A stretch of 13,159 bases of DNA, from positions 1 to 13,159 of IMG/VR virus record IMGVR_UViG_3300035502_000924; one strand, written 5' to 3'. Shown piece after piece: positions 1 through 8,800 of the stretch (positions are counted from its first letter, which is position 1; every line of letters begins with the position of its first letter). Below the pieces are notes generated by a model. The model was not told the origin of the DNA, ran no database searches, and saw only the letters and a program-made list of their open reading frames with translations. The stretch is from a virus (lineage: Duplodnaviria > Heunggongvirae > Uroviricota > Caudoviricetes). The translations under genes and the position numbers were made by a program.

Positions 1-690
1 CAATATATAAGATATAAATTAGAAAAAAATCCTGATGCAGAAGATAAAGCAAGGAAATTATTAGAATATAATAAAAATGGAAAAGATATCACAGAAGAAA
101 TTGTTGATATAGTTTTTGATAATGATGTTGATGTAAATACTATTTTAAGCGATTTAACAAAAGGGTTTAGCATTGATGAAATAAAATTATACTTAGATAA
201 GGATTTTACAGAGGGGCAAATTACTTATATAAGGAGAGGTATAAGTGAGGGATTAACAGAAGAACAAATAAAATATTTTGCTAATCCTGATTTTGCTACT
301 GCGAAAATGAAAATAATAGAAGAAGCTATGGCAAATGGTTTGTCGTTAGATAAAGTTAAATTATTTTCAGAGGGTAATTATAATATACCACAACAAAAAG
401 AATTATCAAAAATCCTTTTAGAAGATAATTTAACTTCTGAGAAATTTTATGTAGTTGCTAATCCACAATTTAACCAATTTAAAATGGAAGAAATAGTTGA
501 TGGATTTAATAATGGTTTATCATTAGAAGAAGTAGATTTATATGCGAACCCTGATTTTACTGTATATCAAATGCAAGAAATCAAACGTGCATTATTGACA
601 AAGAATGAAAATATAATTAATAAAATAAAAGAAAAATATGATTTTGATATTGCTGCAAATGCAAAAATAAAAAGGTTGGTAAAGTGCTAA
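1..690 (+). CDS. Helical-repeat protein, 5' partial; five 29-30 aa repeats and a C-terminal KRLVK motif
   Basis: Frame 1 is open from base 1 (QYIRYKLEKNPD...) to TAA at 688-690, so the ORF-track start at 307 is internal. Repeats: GFSIDEIKLYLDKDF.., GLTEEQIKYFANPDF.., GLSLDKVKLFSEGNY.., NLTSEKFYVVANPQF.., GLSLEEVDLYANPDF... Confidence 0.85.
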   Translation, partial: QYIRYKLEKNPDAEDKARKLLEYNKNGKDITEEIVDIVFDNDVDVNTILSDLTKGFSIDEIKLYLDKDFTEGQITYIRRGISEGLTEEQIKYFANPDFATAKMKIIEEAMANGLSLDKVKLFSEGNYNIPQQKELSKILLEDNLTSEKFYVVANPQFNQFKMEEIVDGFNNGLSLEEVDLYANPDFTVYQMQEIKRALLTKNENIINKIKEKYDFDIAANAKIKRLVKC

Positions 691-1052
691 TGGAATATTT
701 CATAAGATATAATAACGGATTGATTGTTCCATTTAATAAAGAGTTTAATAAAGAAAATGTAGATAAAATATACATACAAGATAAATATGAACAATATGGT
801 TTTTATCTTGATGGTAGATTTTTTATAAATAGTGTTATCTATGATTTTAAAATACCTTTTCGATTATATGACGTTATTACTACCAAAACAAATAAAATTA
901 TTTTAAATACTAATGAAGAAAATATATCTTATAATATAGGATATAAAACAAGTGATAATGAGATGTATTATTTAAATATAAATGATATAATTACTTTTAT
1001 CGCTCAAAAAGATGGTAAAGAAAGAACTATTATTTTATCTAAAACCAAATAA
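684..1052 (+). CDS. Hypothetical phage protein (~120 aa)
   Basis: Overlaps the upstream stop. The start is either GTG 684 (after AAAGGT) or ATG 690 (TAATG coupling). No recognisable motif. Confidence 0.7.
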   Translation: MLMEYFIRYNNGLIVPFNKEFNKENVDKIYIQDKYEQYGFYLDGRFFINSVIYDFKIPFRLYDVITTKTNKIILNTNEENISYNIGYKTSDNEMYYLNINDIITFIAQKDGKERTIILSKTK

Positions 1053-1138
1053 TTGTTTTATTATTTATTTATTTATTTATTTATTTATTAGTAACAAAAA
1101 ATATAAAATATAAGGAGTTTTTAAATATGAAAAGATTA
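1047..1138 (+). repeat. Direct repeat copy 1: (TTAT)7 + TAGTAACAAAAAATATAAAATATAAGGAG + start of MKRL gene
   Basis: Near-identical to 4818..4904. TTAT tract at 1061-1088; SD AAGGAG at 1112-1117. Confidence 0.9.
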
Positions 1139-1807
1139 GTTAAGAAAGCAGAAGATTTATACAAGTATACTGATTTGAATGATAATGCAAAGGATAAGGT
1201 TTTAAGAGATTATTGGAAAGACCATAAGGAATATTGTAGCGGTTGGCTTGATGAATTAGATACTGATTTTAATTCACTTAAAGGAAAATATTTCCCTAAT
1301 AGTAAACTTTTATATTCTGTTAAAACAAAAGCACAAGTACACGAATGTGAAGATGTAATAGTTTGGGGTAAAGTAGACCTTTATGATGTAATGAATGATA
1401 ATCATATTGAGTTTTCTAAGGAAGAAGTAACATTTATGAAAGACTTTTTAGGCATAGCTACATTTAATTCTTATGAAACAATTAACTTGTATAAATCTAA
1501 TAGTACAGGTGATATTGATTATTCTTCACCTCTTAGTGATTTCGCAGAAGATGTAAAAGAAGCAACAGATAGATTTGAAAAGGGAATAAAAGAAAGAGAA
1601 GATTTAAATGGTTTGGATATTGATGGCTTAGTAAAGAAAGTTGCTAATATATATAACAAATTAATTCCTTCTACAATAGCAGATTTTATAGAAGAAGTTA
1701 AGGCAGACGGACAAGAAGACTACGAAAGATGGGTAGATTCAGTTGTTTATGATATTTTAGATGATAATCAGGCTATTTATAATGAAAATGGCGATATAGT
1801 TGCATAA
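1127..1807 (+). CDS. Acidic MKRL-leader paralog 1 (candidate internal head or injected protein)
   Basis: SD AAGGAG. N-terminus MKRLVKKAE. Core YKYTDLNDNAK...YFPNSKL...IYNENG aligns by eye with 4893..5576. The function is inference. Confidence 0.85.
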   Translation: MKRLVKKAEDLYKYTDLNDNAKDKVLRDYWKDHKEYCSGWLDELDTDFNSLKGKYFPNSKLLYSVKTKAQVHECEDVIVWGKVDLYDVMNDNHIEFSKEEVTFMKDFLGIATFNSYETINLYKSNSTGDIDYSSPLSDFAEDVKEATDRFEKGIKEREDLNGLDIDGLVKKVANIYNKLIPSTIADFIEEVKADGQEDYERWVDSVVYDILDDNQAIYNENGDIVA

Positions 1808-1815
1808 TAAAAGAC

Positions 1816-1843
1816 AAGGAGAACTAAATGTTCTCCTTTTTTT
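1816..1843 (+). terminator. Intrinsic terminator
   Basis: AAGGAGAAC-taaat-GTTCTCCTT stem followed by a T-tract, directly after stop 1807. Confidence 0.85.
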
Positions 1844-1926
1844 ATTTATTGTTATTTTTTTATCATAAATTAAAAACCAATCATAATCTTATTTATTATA
1901 TAAATAATTATAAATATGGTGGTTGT

Positions 1927-2727
1927 ATGAAGGTAAAATTTCAAGGGTGTTTTGATGTTACAACTGAATATATAAAGAAATTTTTTAATGCTATGTTTGA
2001 TGTTGTAGAAAACACAACAGCCAAATATGAGTATAGTAATGGTGCTAATGAATATGAATATAACCATAGTTTTTCTTTGTGTAATGGTTGCTTAAAGGAT
2101 AATGATGGTATTGTTAAAAACGCTACTATTACTTTTTTTCTTTCATCACAAAATAATAATACCGAAACTGTTACTGATGGTGTTAATGGTATTAAAAACG
2201 CTGAAAGAAATCATACTTTTGAAATGGTTCAAAATAATATAATTGTAGATAAATGTACTACTGATGAAAATGGTAAATATACCTCTTTTGTTAAAAATGG
2301 TGTTTATGATATTCGGATAGAATATAATGGTTATAAAACAACATTAAAAAATCAAACAATTACAGATGGACTTGATAAAGAAGTTTATTTTACTATTGAT
2401 TCTTTAATAGAAAGAAAAATTGGTAAGTCTACTTATAAAATGTGTAATACTGATTTTAGAATGATAAATATATCTTTATTAAATGAATATAAAAGATTTG
2501 AAAATGGAGAAATTATTATTTCTAAAAATGATGAATTATATGTATATAAGAAAATAAATAAAAATTCATTATTTGCTTTAGAAAATGGTACTTATGATAT
2601 TAGACTTAGAAATAATAATGTTAATGTAAAAGTAATTAAAAATTTTATTTTCGACACTGATTTTGTCGAAAAACTTATGAAAGAATTTATAATGAATGAT
2701 GATTTAAATGTAAAAGAGGTGAACTAA
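1927..2727 (+). CDS. Putative virion protein with prealbumin/carboxypeptidase-regulatory-like beta-sandwich domains
   Basis: Likely start is ATG 1927 (MKVKF) after GGTGG; the ORF-track start at 1828 lies inside the terminator. Motif TTDENGKYTSFVKNGVYDIRIEYNGY, partly repeated as FALENGTYDIRL. Confidence 0.65.
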   Translation: MKVKFQGCFDVTTEYIKKFFNAMFDVVENTTAKYEYSNGANEYEYNHSFSLCNGCLKDNDGIVKNATITFFLSSQNNNTETVTDGVNGIKNAERNHTFEMVQNNIIVDKCTTDENGKYTSFVKNGVYDIRIEYNGYKTTLKNQTITDGLDKEVYFTIDSLIERKIGKSTYKMCNTDFRMINISLLNEYKRFENGEIIISKNDELYVYKKINKNSLFALENGTYDIRLRNNNVNVKVIKNFIFDTDFVEKLMKEFIMNDDLNVKEVN

Positions 2728-2728
2728 T

Positions 2729-3535
2729 TTGGATATTATATTAAATAGATTTAAATTATTACCTCCTAAGAATATTAAAATTGTTTATACTAATTTAAAG
2801 AATGATGCAAGTGTTACTTGGGATAAAGTAAATAATGATGAGTATAAAATAGGTTATAATGTATATCGTGGCACTATTGCTAATGGTATTTTTTATAAAT
2901 TAAATAAAGAAGTAATTTTAACAAATAGATATGAAGATAAAAATGTTATATCTAATATAAATACAACTTATTGGTATAAGGTAAGTACGTTATATTATAA
3001 TGGGGAACAATGGGTAGAAAGTGAATTAAGTAATGCTAACATTTATAGAGTAGATAATACTAATAAATGGTTTCATAAAATAAACGAAAGAAATATGTGG
3101 ATATTAAAAAATACAGGAGAATTGTTTGATTTATATAAAAGAAAAACAGAGGGAGATAGATGTACTTGCTTTGATAGCGTAAGAGGTAGTGCTGCTAATC
3201 CTAATTGTGAAAAATGCTATGGTACAGGTTTTGTTGGTGGATATGATGCTATTAATCAAATATACATAAGACAAAAACCTGCTAACAATCAAATGGATAG
3301 AACATTAGAGGGATTAAAAATAAATAACAATACGGGAGCTTGGACTATATGTGATGTACAAATAAGAGATAGGGATATTTTAATAAATCCACAAGGTAAA
3401 ATGTTTAGAGTTTATAGCACAAATATAAACCACGCAGCAGGCTATTATTTTCACCAAGAAATACAAATGTATGAGGTTGAAACTAATGACCCTATATATA
3501 AATTAAAAAGGAAAACTTTATATCCGATATTTTAA
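2729..3535 (+). CDS. FN3-domain plus Cys4 Zn-binding protein, putative neck (head-closure/stopper-like) protein
   Basis: TTG start after SD GAGGTG. FN3-like PPKNIK..VTWD..IGYNVYR..YED..TYWYKVS. C-terminal CTCFD..CEKCYGTGFVGGY. Lies upstream of the tail sheath. Confidence 0.6.
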   Translation: MDIILNRFKLLPPKNIKIVYTNLKNDASVTWDKVNNDEYKIGYNVYRGTIANGIFYKLNKEVILTNRYEDKNVISNINTTYWYKVSTLYYNGEQWVESELSNANIYRVDNTNKWFHKINERNMWILKNTGELFDLYKRKTEGDRCTCFDSVRGSAANPNCEKCYGTGFVGGYDAINQIYIRQKPANNQMDRTLEGLKINNNTGAWTICDVQIRDRDILINPQGKMFRVYSTNINHAAGYYFHQEIQMYEVETNDPIYKLKRKTLYPIF

Positions 3536-3552
3536 AAAAGGAGAATTAAATT

Positions 3553-4173
3553 ATGAAAAGATTAATAAAAAAAGAAAATAATACAAAGAAATGTTTTAAT
3601 GTAAAGAAAAAAAATAGAAAATTACAAGCTTATTCTTCTCGTTGGAGTCCGTTGGAAATAGAAAAATGGGAAGATAGAAGAGAAAATGAATTTAGAGATT
3701 TGGCAGACTCAAAAGTAAGCGAAACTTTTCCTAATAGTAATATTAGATATTACTATAATACTGTTGATTTTGGATTGGATGGTAAATTAGATATAGAGGA
3801 TGCGTTAAATTGTGTAGATAATACTTTTAACTCATTAGAAAAATCTATTTTAAAGAAACTTACAGATGGAAAACTTGATTTATGGAATCCTAAGAAAGCC
3901 CCTGATTTTTATGGTTTTGATAAAACAAAAGAAATTTATGATTATGTTTCAGAAGATAATGGGTTAAAAAAAGATTTAGATAAATATTTAAATGAAGATG
4001 AAATAAAATCATTTGATTTGGAAGATTTTTGCTATAAAGTTGAAGATTTCTTTGATGAATTAAATGGTTTTTTCGATGAGTTCTGCGATGAAATGAAATC
4101 AGAAGAAGCAGATATATTTATTTCTTTAGATGATGCCTATGATAATTATTTAGCAGATAGGGATGACGATTAA
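3553..4173 (+). CDS. Acidic MKRL-leader paralog 2 (long 26-aa basic leader)
   Basis: SD GGAG. Leader MKRLIKKENNTKK...KNRKLQA, then an acidic core closest to 4176..4823 (TFPNS, FGLDGK, EIKSFD, FFDEFCDEMK). Confidence 0.85.
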   Translation: MKRLIKKENNTKKCFNVKKKNRKLQAYSSRWSPLEIEKWEDRRENEFRDLADSKVSETFPNSNIRYYYNTVDFGLDGKLDIEDALNCVDNTFNSLEKSILKKLTDGKLDLWNPKKAPDFYGFDKTKEIYDYVSEDNGLKKDLDKYLNEDEIKSFDLEDFCYKVEDFFDELNGFFDEFCDEMKSEEADIFISLDDAYDNYLADRDDD

Positions 4174-4175
4174 AT

Positions 4176-4823
4176 ATGAAAAGATTAGTAAAAAAAGCAG
4201 AACAGGAAATTCGTTGGAGTGATATTCCAAAGACTAAACAAAAAGAAATATATTATAAAGCACAAGAAGATATTGATGGTTTTCTTAATGATGATTTCAA
4301 AGATTATGCAAAACAAGAAGTAGAAAAAACATTCCCTGATAGTGATTTAGATTTTACTTATGATTTTGGATATTCACAAGGCGATGGTTTTGGTTTAAAT
4401 GGTAAAATATCAAATGATGATGTTTTAAACATTACACAAGTAAAATTATCTCCTGATGATTTAGAAATATTTGATTATGAGGGAGAGTATTACATAAGAA
4501 ATGAAAGACGGAGTCCTTTCTATACAGATGGTATGCTTGAAGATGCACTTTCTTATTGGAATGAAGAAGATATAAATTATTATTTGGAAGATTATTTTGA
4601 AGAAGACAAAATTAAGTCTTTTGATGTTAAAGGTTTTATTGAAAAGATTGAAATAATTCATAATAAATTAGATGAGTTCTTAGATGATTTTTGTGCAAGA
4701 ATGAAAAAAGAAGGTTATGAAAACTTTGATTATGAAGAAGATTATGTTGTAGATTATCTTACAGCTAATGAATGGACGTATACAGATGCAGAAACAGGAG
4801 AAGAATATATTATTATTAAATAA
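4176..4823 (+). CDS. Acidic MKRL-leader paralog 3
   Basis: Starts 2 nt after the previous stop. Leader MKRLVKKAE. Motifs YSQGDG and YLTANEWTYT resemble a widespread uncharacterised phage/MGE acidic family. Hand count is about 56 D/E versus 26 K/R in 215 aa. Confidence 0.85.
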   Translation: MKRLVKKAEQEIRWSDIPKTKQKEIYYKAQEDIDGFLNDDFKDYAKQEVEKTFPDSDLDFTYDFGYSQGDGFGLNGKISNDDVLNITQVKLSPDDLEIFDYEGEYYIRNERRSPFYTDGMLEDALSYWNEEDINYYLEDYFEEDKIKSFDVKGFIEKIEIIHNKLDEFLDDFCARMKKEGYENFDYEEDYVVDYLTANEWTYTDAETGEEYIIIK

Positions 4824-4904
4824 GTGTTTTATTATTTATTTATTTATTTATTTATTAGTAACAAAAAATATAAAATATAAGGAGATTTAAATATGAAAAG
4901 ATTA
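4818..4904 (+). repeat. Direct repeat copy 2: (TTAT)6 + TAGTAACAAAAAATATAAAATATAAGGAG + start of MKRL gene
   Basis: Near-identical to 1047..1138. TTAT tract at 4832-4855. Confidence 0.9.
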
Positions 4905-5576
4905 ATTAGTAAAAGTATAAAAAATAATACAGTAAGAAAAAATAGAAAACCTATGAGAAGAAGTGCTGCAAGAACTATTGAAGTATATGATTATAATGAG
5001 TTATCAGATGAAGCAAAGAAAAATGCTGTTAAAAATTATAGAAAATATCGTTATGACGATAGTGATTGTGCGTATAACGAAATGATGCTTATTTCTGATG
5101 ATATTAATAATTATGGTCTAGTTAATACATATTTTAAAAATTCTAAATTTGATGCACTATATTTTGATTGGAATAAAGCTTGGATTGTTGGCGAAATAGA
5201 TATAGAAGATGCTAAAAAACTTGCAGGTGTAACATTATCTAATGATGAAGTGTATATTATTGAGGACTATATTGACTATGATGATGATTATTTAGATGCA
5301 GATAAGGTGTTGAATCTCAATCCTTCAATTGCAGATGTTAATAGCATAAAAGAAGAAATTGCAGAAGATGAAGTTGAAGTTGAAGCAGATGTAAAAGAAG
5401 TTTGCGAAAAGTATGTAAAGATTGTAACAAAATTGCAGGAAGTAATTGAAGATATCAACAAGGATTTTACAGCTGATATGGACTTTTATGCAAATCCTGA
5501 TGATGAATATTTGATTGAAAGAATCACAGAATTTGACGATGTTGAGTTCTATGAAGATGGCACATTATATGAGTAA
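4893..5576 (+). CDS. Acidic MKRL-leader paralog 4 (long 26-aa basic leader)
   Basis: SD AAGGAG. Leader MKRLISKSIKNNT..KNRKPMRRSAA. Core VYDYNELSDEAKKNA...YFKNSKF...EFYEDG. Confidence 0.85.
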   Translation: MKRLISKSIKNNTVRKNRKPMRRSAARTIEVYDYNELSDEAKKNAVKNYRKYRYDDSDCAYNEMMLISDDINNYGLVNTYFKNSKFDALYFDWNKAWIVGEIDIEDAKKLAGVTLSNDEVYIIEDYIDYDDDYLDADKVLNLNPSIADVNSIKEEIAEDEVEVEADVKEVCEKYVKIVTKLQEVIEDINKDFTADMDFYANPDDEYLIERITEFDDVEFYEDGTLYE

Positions 5577-5639
5577 TAAAGCATAAAAATGTTGATATTT
5601 AATTATGACGTTTATAAAGATATCATTATTAAATAATTT

Positions 5640-5667
5640 AAAAGGAGAGTTTTTACTCTCCTTTTTT
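5640..5667 (+). terminator. Intrinsic terminator
   Basis: AAAAGGAGAGT-tttt-ACTCTCCTTTT perfect stem running into a T-tract. Confidence 0.85.
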
Positions 5668-5810
5668 CTATATTAAGCAAAAATAAATATATATCGTATT
5701 TATATTTATTAGTTAAAATAAAGTATGTTTATATATATTTTTTAAAAAATAAAATTTATTAAATAAATGAAATTAAAAATAAACATATTTAAAAATAGGA
5801 GGTAATGTAT

Positions 5811-8800
5811 ATGGCTTATAAAGCACCAGGCACTTATGCCCGTTTCGTAAAGACCGCCTCTTCTGTTGTAACAGCAGGTGGTTCAAGAATAATGGCTCTT
5901 GTTGGTACTGGTATTAATTATTATACTGTTACAAACGAAGCTGTTATAAAATCAAATACTAAGCCTTATGATACACTTGCAAATGAAAACGTATTTGAAA
6001 TAACAAGCGTTTCTTCAAGACCTATATATGATAATATTACTGTTAATAATACTCTTTATTCACCTACAACAGGTAATAATGATGGCTATACTTTAAATGG
6101 TAATACGATTGTTTGGGATTCTCTTGTAAAAGCTACTTGTTCAATTAATGCAAAACAGTGTCCAAGATTTTATTATAATAACGGTACACAGAATATTACA
6201 TTTGGTATTGATGAAACTGTTGAAAAATTAGTTGAAGATGGCGAATGGATGATTGAAGTATCATACGTTAATGAAGATGACCAAGACTTAGGTGCTGATG
6301 AAAAATTAGGTTGCTATAGAGTTATTAATATGAATACAAGTGAAATTATTGGTGAATATGTTGTTGGTTCTTCACCTGCAACTGATGAAGATGGTTCATA
6401 TCCTATTCCAGGTGTTCAATTAATAGTTAAAAACACTTATATCGCTAATGCTGCTGGCAGACAGCTTGTAGATGTCGGTGACTATGTAATTATTACAACT
6501 GTTGCTGCTAAGACAGAGAAAGAAGCTCAGGTATCTAAAGTTTTAGCTACTAATTCTGGTAGTGCAAAGGTTAATCTTAATCTTGATTTAATTGTTGCAG
6601 ATAGCCCAACAACCACAGACGCTCAAAATTTTACTTTTGGTAATATTATTGGTGCAGATAATTACACATTATATATAAGTGATGCTGAATTCGAAAAAAA
6701 TATAAATGGAGATTATGATACTAGTAAAGCTTACGCTTATTCAGTTGTTGGATATGATAGTACAACAAACACTTATAGTTTGAATATTCCAAATAACGAT
6801 TTGAAGAAGTATGCAATTAGTTATACAACAGACCCGTTCAGAACAATTTCGGTGAATTATAGTGTTAATAACGATACAATTACTTTACAAACATCTGATT
6901 TAACAGAGGATTTAAATGGTTATACTTTATTTGTTCCATATAAAATGTCTGGTGATACTAAGAAAAACACAGTTGCAGACCAAACAGATGGTTTTTGTGT
7001 TTTTGTAAAAACCACAATTAATGGTGCTACACAAATAAACCAAACTTCTATAAAAGTTTATCCGACAGACCTTAGTAGTAGTACTATTGCTCCACTAGCT
7101 TTAGTAGATGATAATGGTGCTGCTACTGGTGAGTGCTATATCGTTGAAGAAGCCACAATAGATGATTATGATTTAAAATACTCTCAGTCAACAGCAGGTA
7201 CAACATATTATAAATTTATTAAAAATGAAATTAAAGATGATAAGAAAAATGTAATTGGATATACTTTTTATACTGTTAATAGCGATAGTACTGGTACGTT
7301 ATCAAGCAATGATGAAAGTTCTACCAATGAATACTTAATAAATGGCGTATACTCCGACCAGAGTAAAACTGATTTATTTAATGGTTTAACTGCAAATAAA
7401 TATTTTGTTAGCAATTTTTCAATAGGTTCAGATACAAATTCTCAATATTATATTGCAAGTATTGATGTAACTTCTGAAACACATTATGTAGAAGTTGATT
7501 TTGACAGTATTGTTATATCAAATGATGATACTGTAACTGTTGATAGTGACACCAAGGAATTAACAACTACATACATAAATAATCAGTATGTTCTTACAAA
7601 CTCTGCAAAAACCTATTTAAAGAATTCTGATATAGATGTTGACACTGTTCTTACTGCTGCTATTACTTTCCAATTTGATAATGACAGTTTATTTGTAGAA
7701 AGTACAGATAACACAATAAATACTGCAACAGTCGCTTATGACTCAGAAGATGCTACTAAAACTATTACTATTGATAGTAATACAAAATTATATGATAGTG
7801 AAAATGGTAAAACAATCAATAATGTTACTAAATATATTAAAGATACTAATAATAAAATTTACATTTCTGTTGATAACGTTTATTACGAAATAACAACTGG
7901 TGATAGTGGCAATACAACTTTAACAAGTACAACAACTAAAATTGCTACATATAATGACCTTATTTCTGCAACGAACAACTATAATTATTTACTTATTGCT
8001 TATGATGCAAATGGTAATATTGTTGATTATGATGCAGATGCTGACAAGTCAAAAACTTCTGATAAGCTTGCAAATACTAGTACATATTATAACAATCAGT
8101 TCTATAATGCTATCAGTGATTTAACTGTTGTTAGTAATGGTACGATTTTTGATAAGCCTGCTGTATATGAATTGACATATACGAGAGAAGAAGAAGATGG
8201 TAAGATTAGTATTGTTAGATATGTAAATGGCGAACTTACATCAGCAACTTTTGATGATGTTTCTTCATTAGAGGATGATTATTTTGAAGTAATCCCTGGT
8301 ATTGAGTTCTCACTTGATGGTTCAACACTTGATTCTCAGATTACTACAAAGGGTACAACTGCAACAGTTTACATTGTTACTTCTCCAAGAGTAACTTCAA
8401 CTACAATGCCAGCTGAGGGTGCAACTTATTATGTATCTTATAAGTATAGAAAGGCAGAAGCTGATTATGAGCCTACTCTTTATACAGATTATGATGATAT
8501 CGTTGCTGCTTATGGTAACTATGATGTTTCAGCTAGTGGTGCTGTTCTTAACTCACTTTCTTTAGGTGCTGAAATTGCATTTAATAATGGTGTTTCTCAG
8601 ATTGTTTGTGTACAGGCTAAGAATGGTGCTGATTATGAAATTGAAACTGCTATCGATAAACTTTCATCTGCTATCGCAGGTGCAAGTAATGTTCAAACTA
8701 TTATTCCTTTATCAACAAGTGATGCTGTTGGTGCATATTTACAGAACCATGTTAATTTAATGAGTTCTTATGAATATGGCAAGGAAAGAATGGGTTATCT

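Noticed and set aside
1899..1916. T4-like late promoter TATAAATA, two copies
   Set aside because: It is not seen consistently before the other structural genes and is likely by chance in AT-rich DNA.
1828..1926. N-terminal hydrophobic extension (MFSFFYLLLFF) resembling a signal peptide
   Set aside because: It is the translation of the terminator and T-tract; ATG 1927 has a plausible SD.
1127..4970. MKR-type leaders as Sec or Tat signal peptides
   Set aside because: No hydrophobic h-region follows the basic residues.
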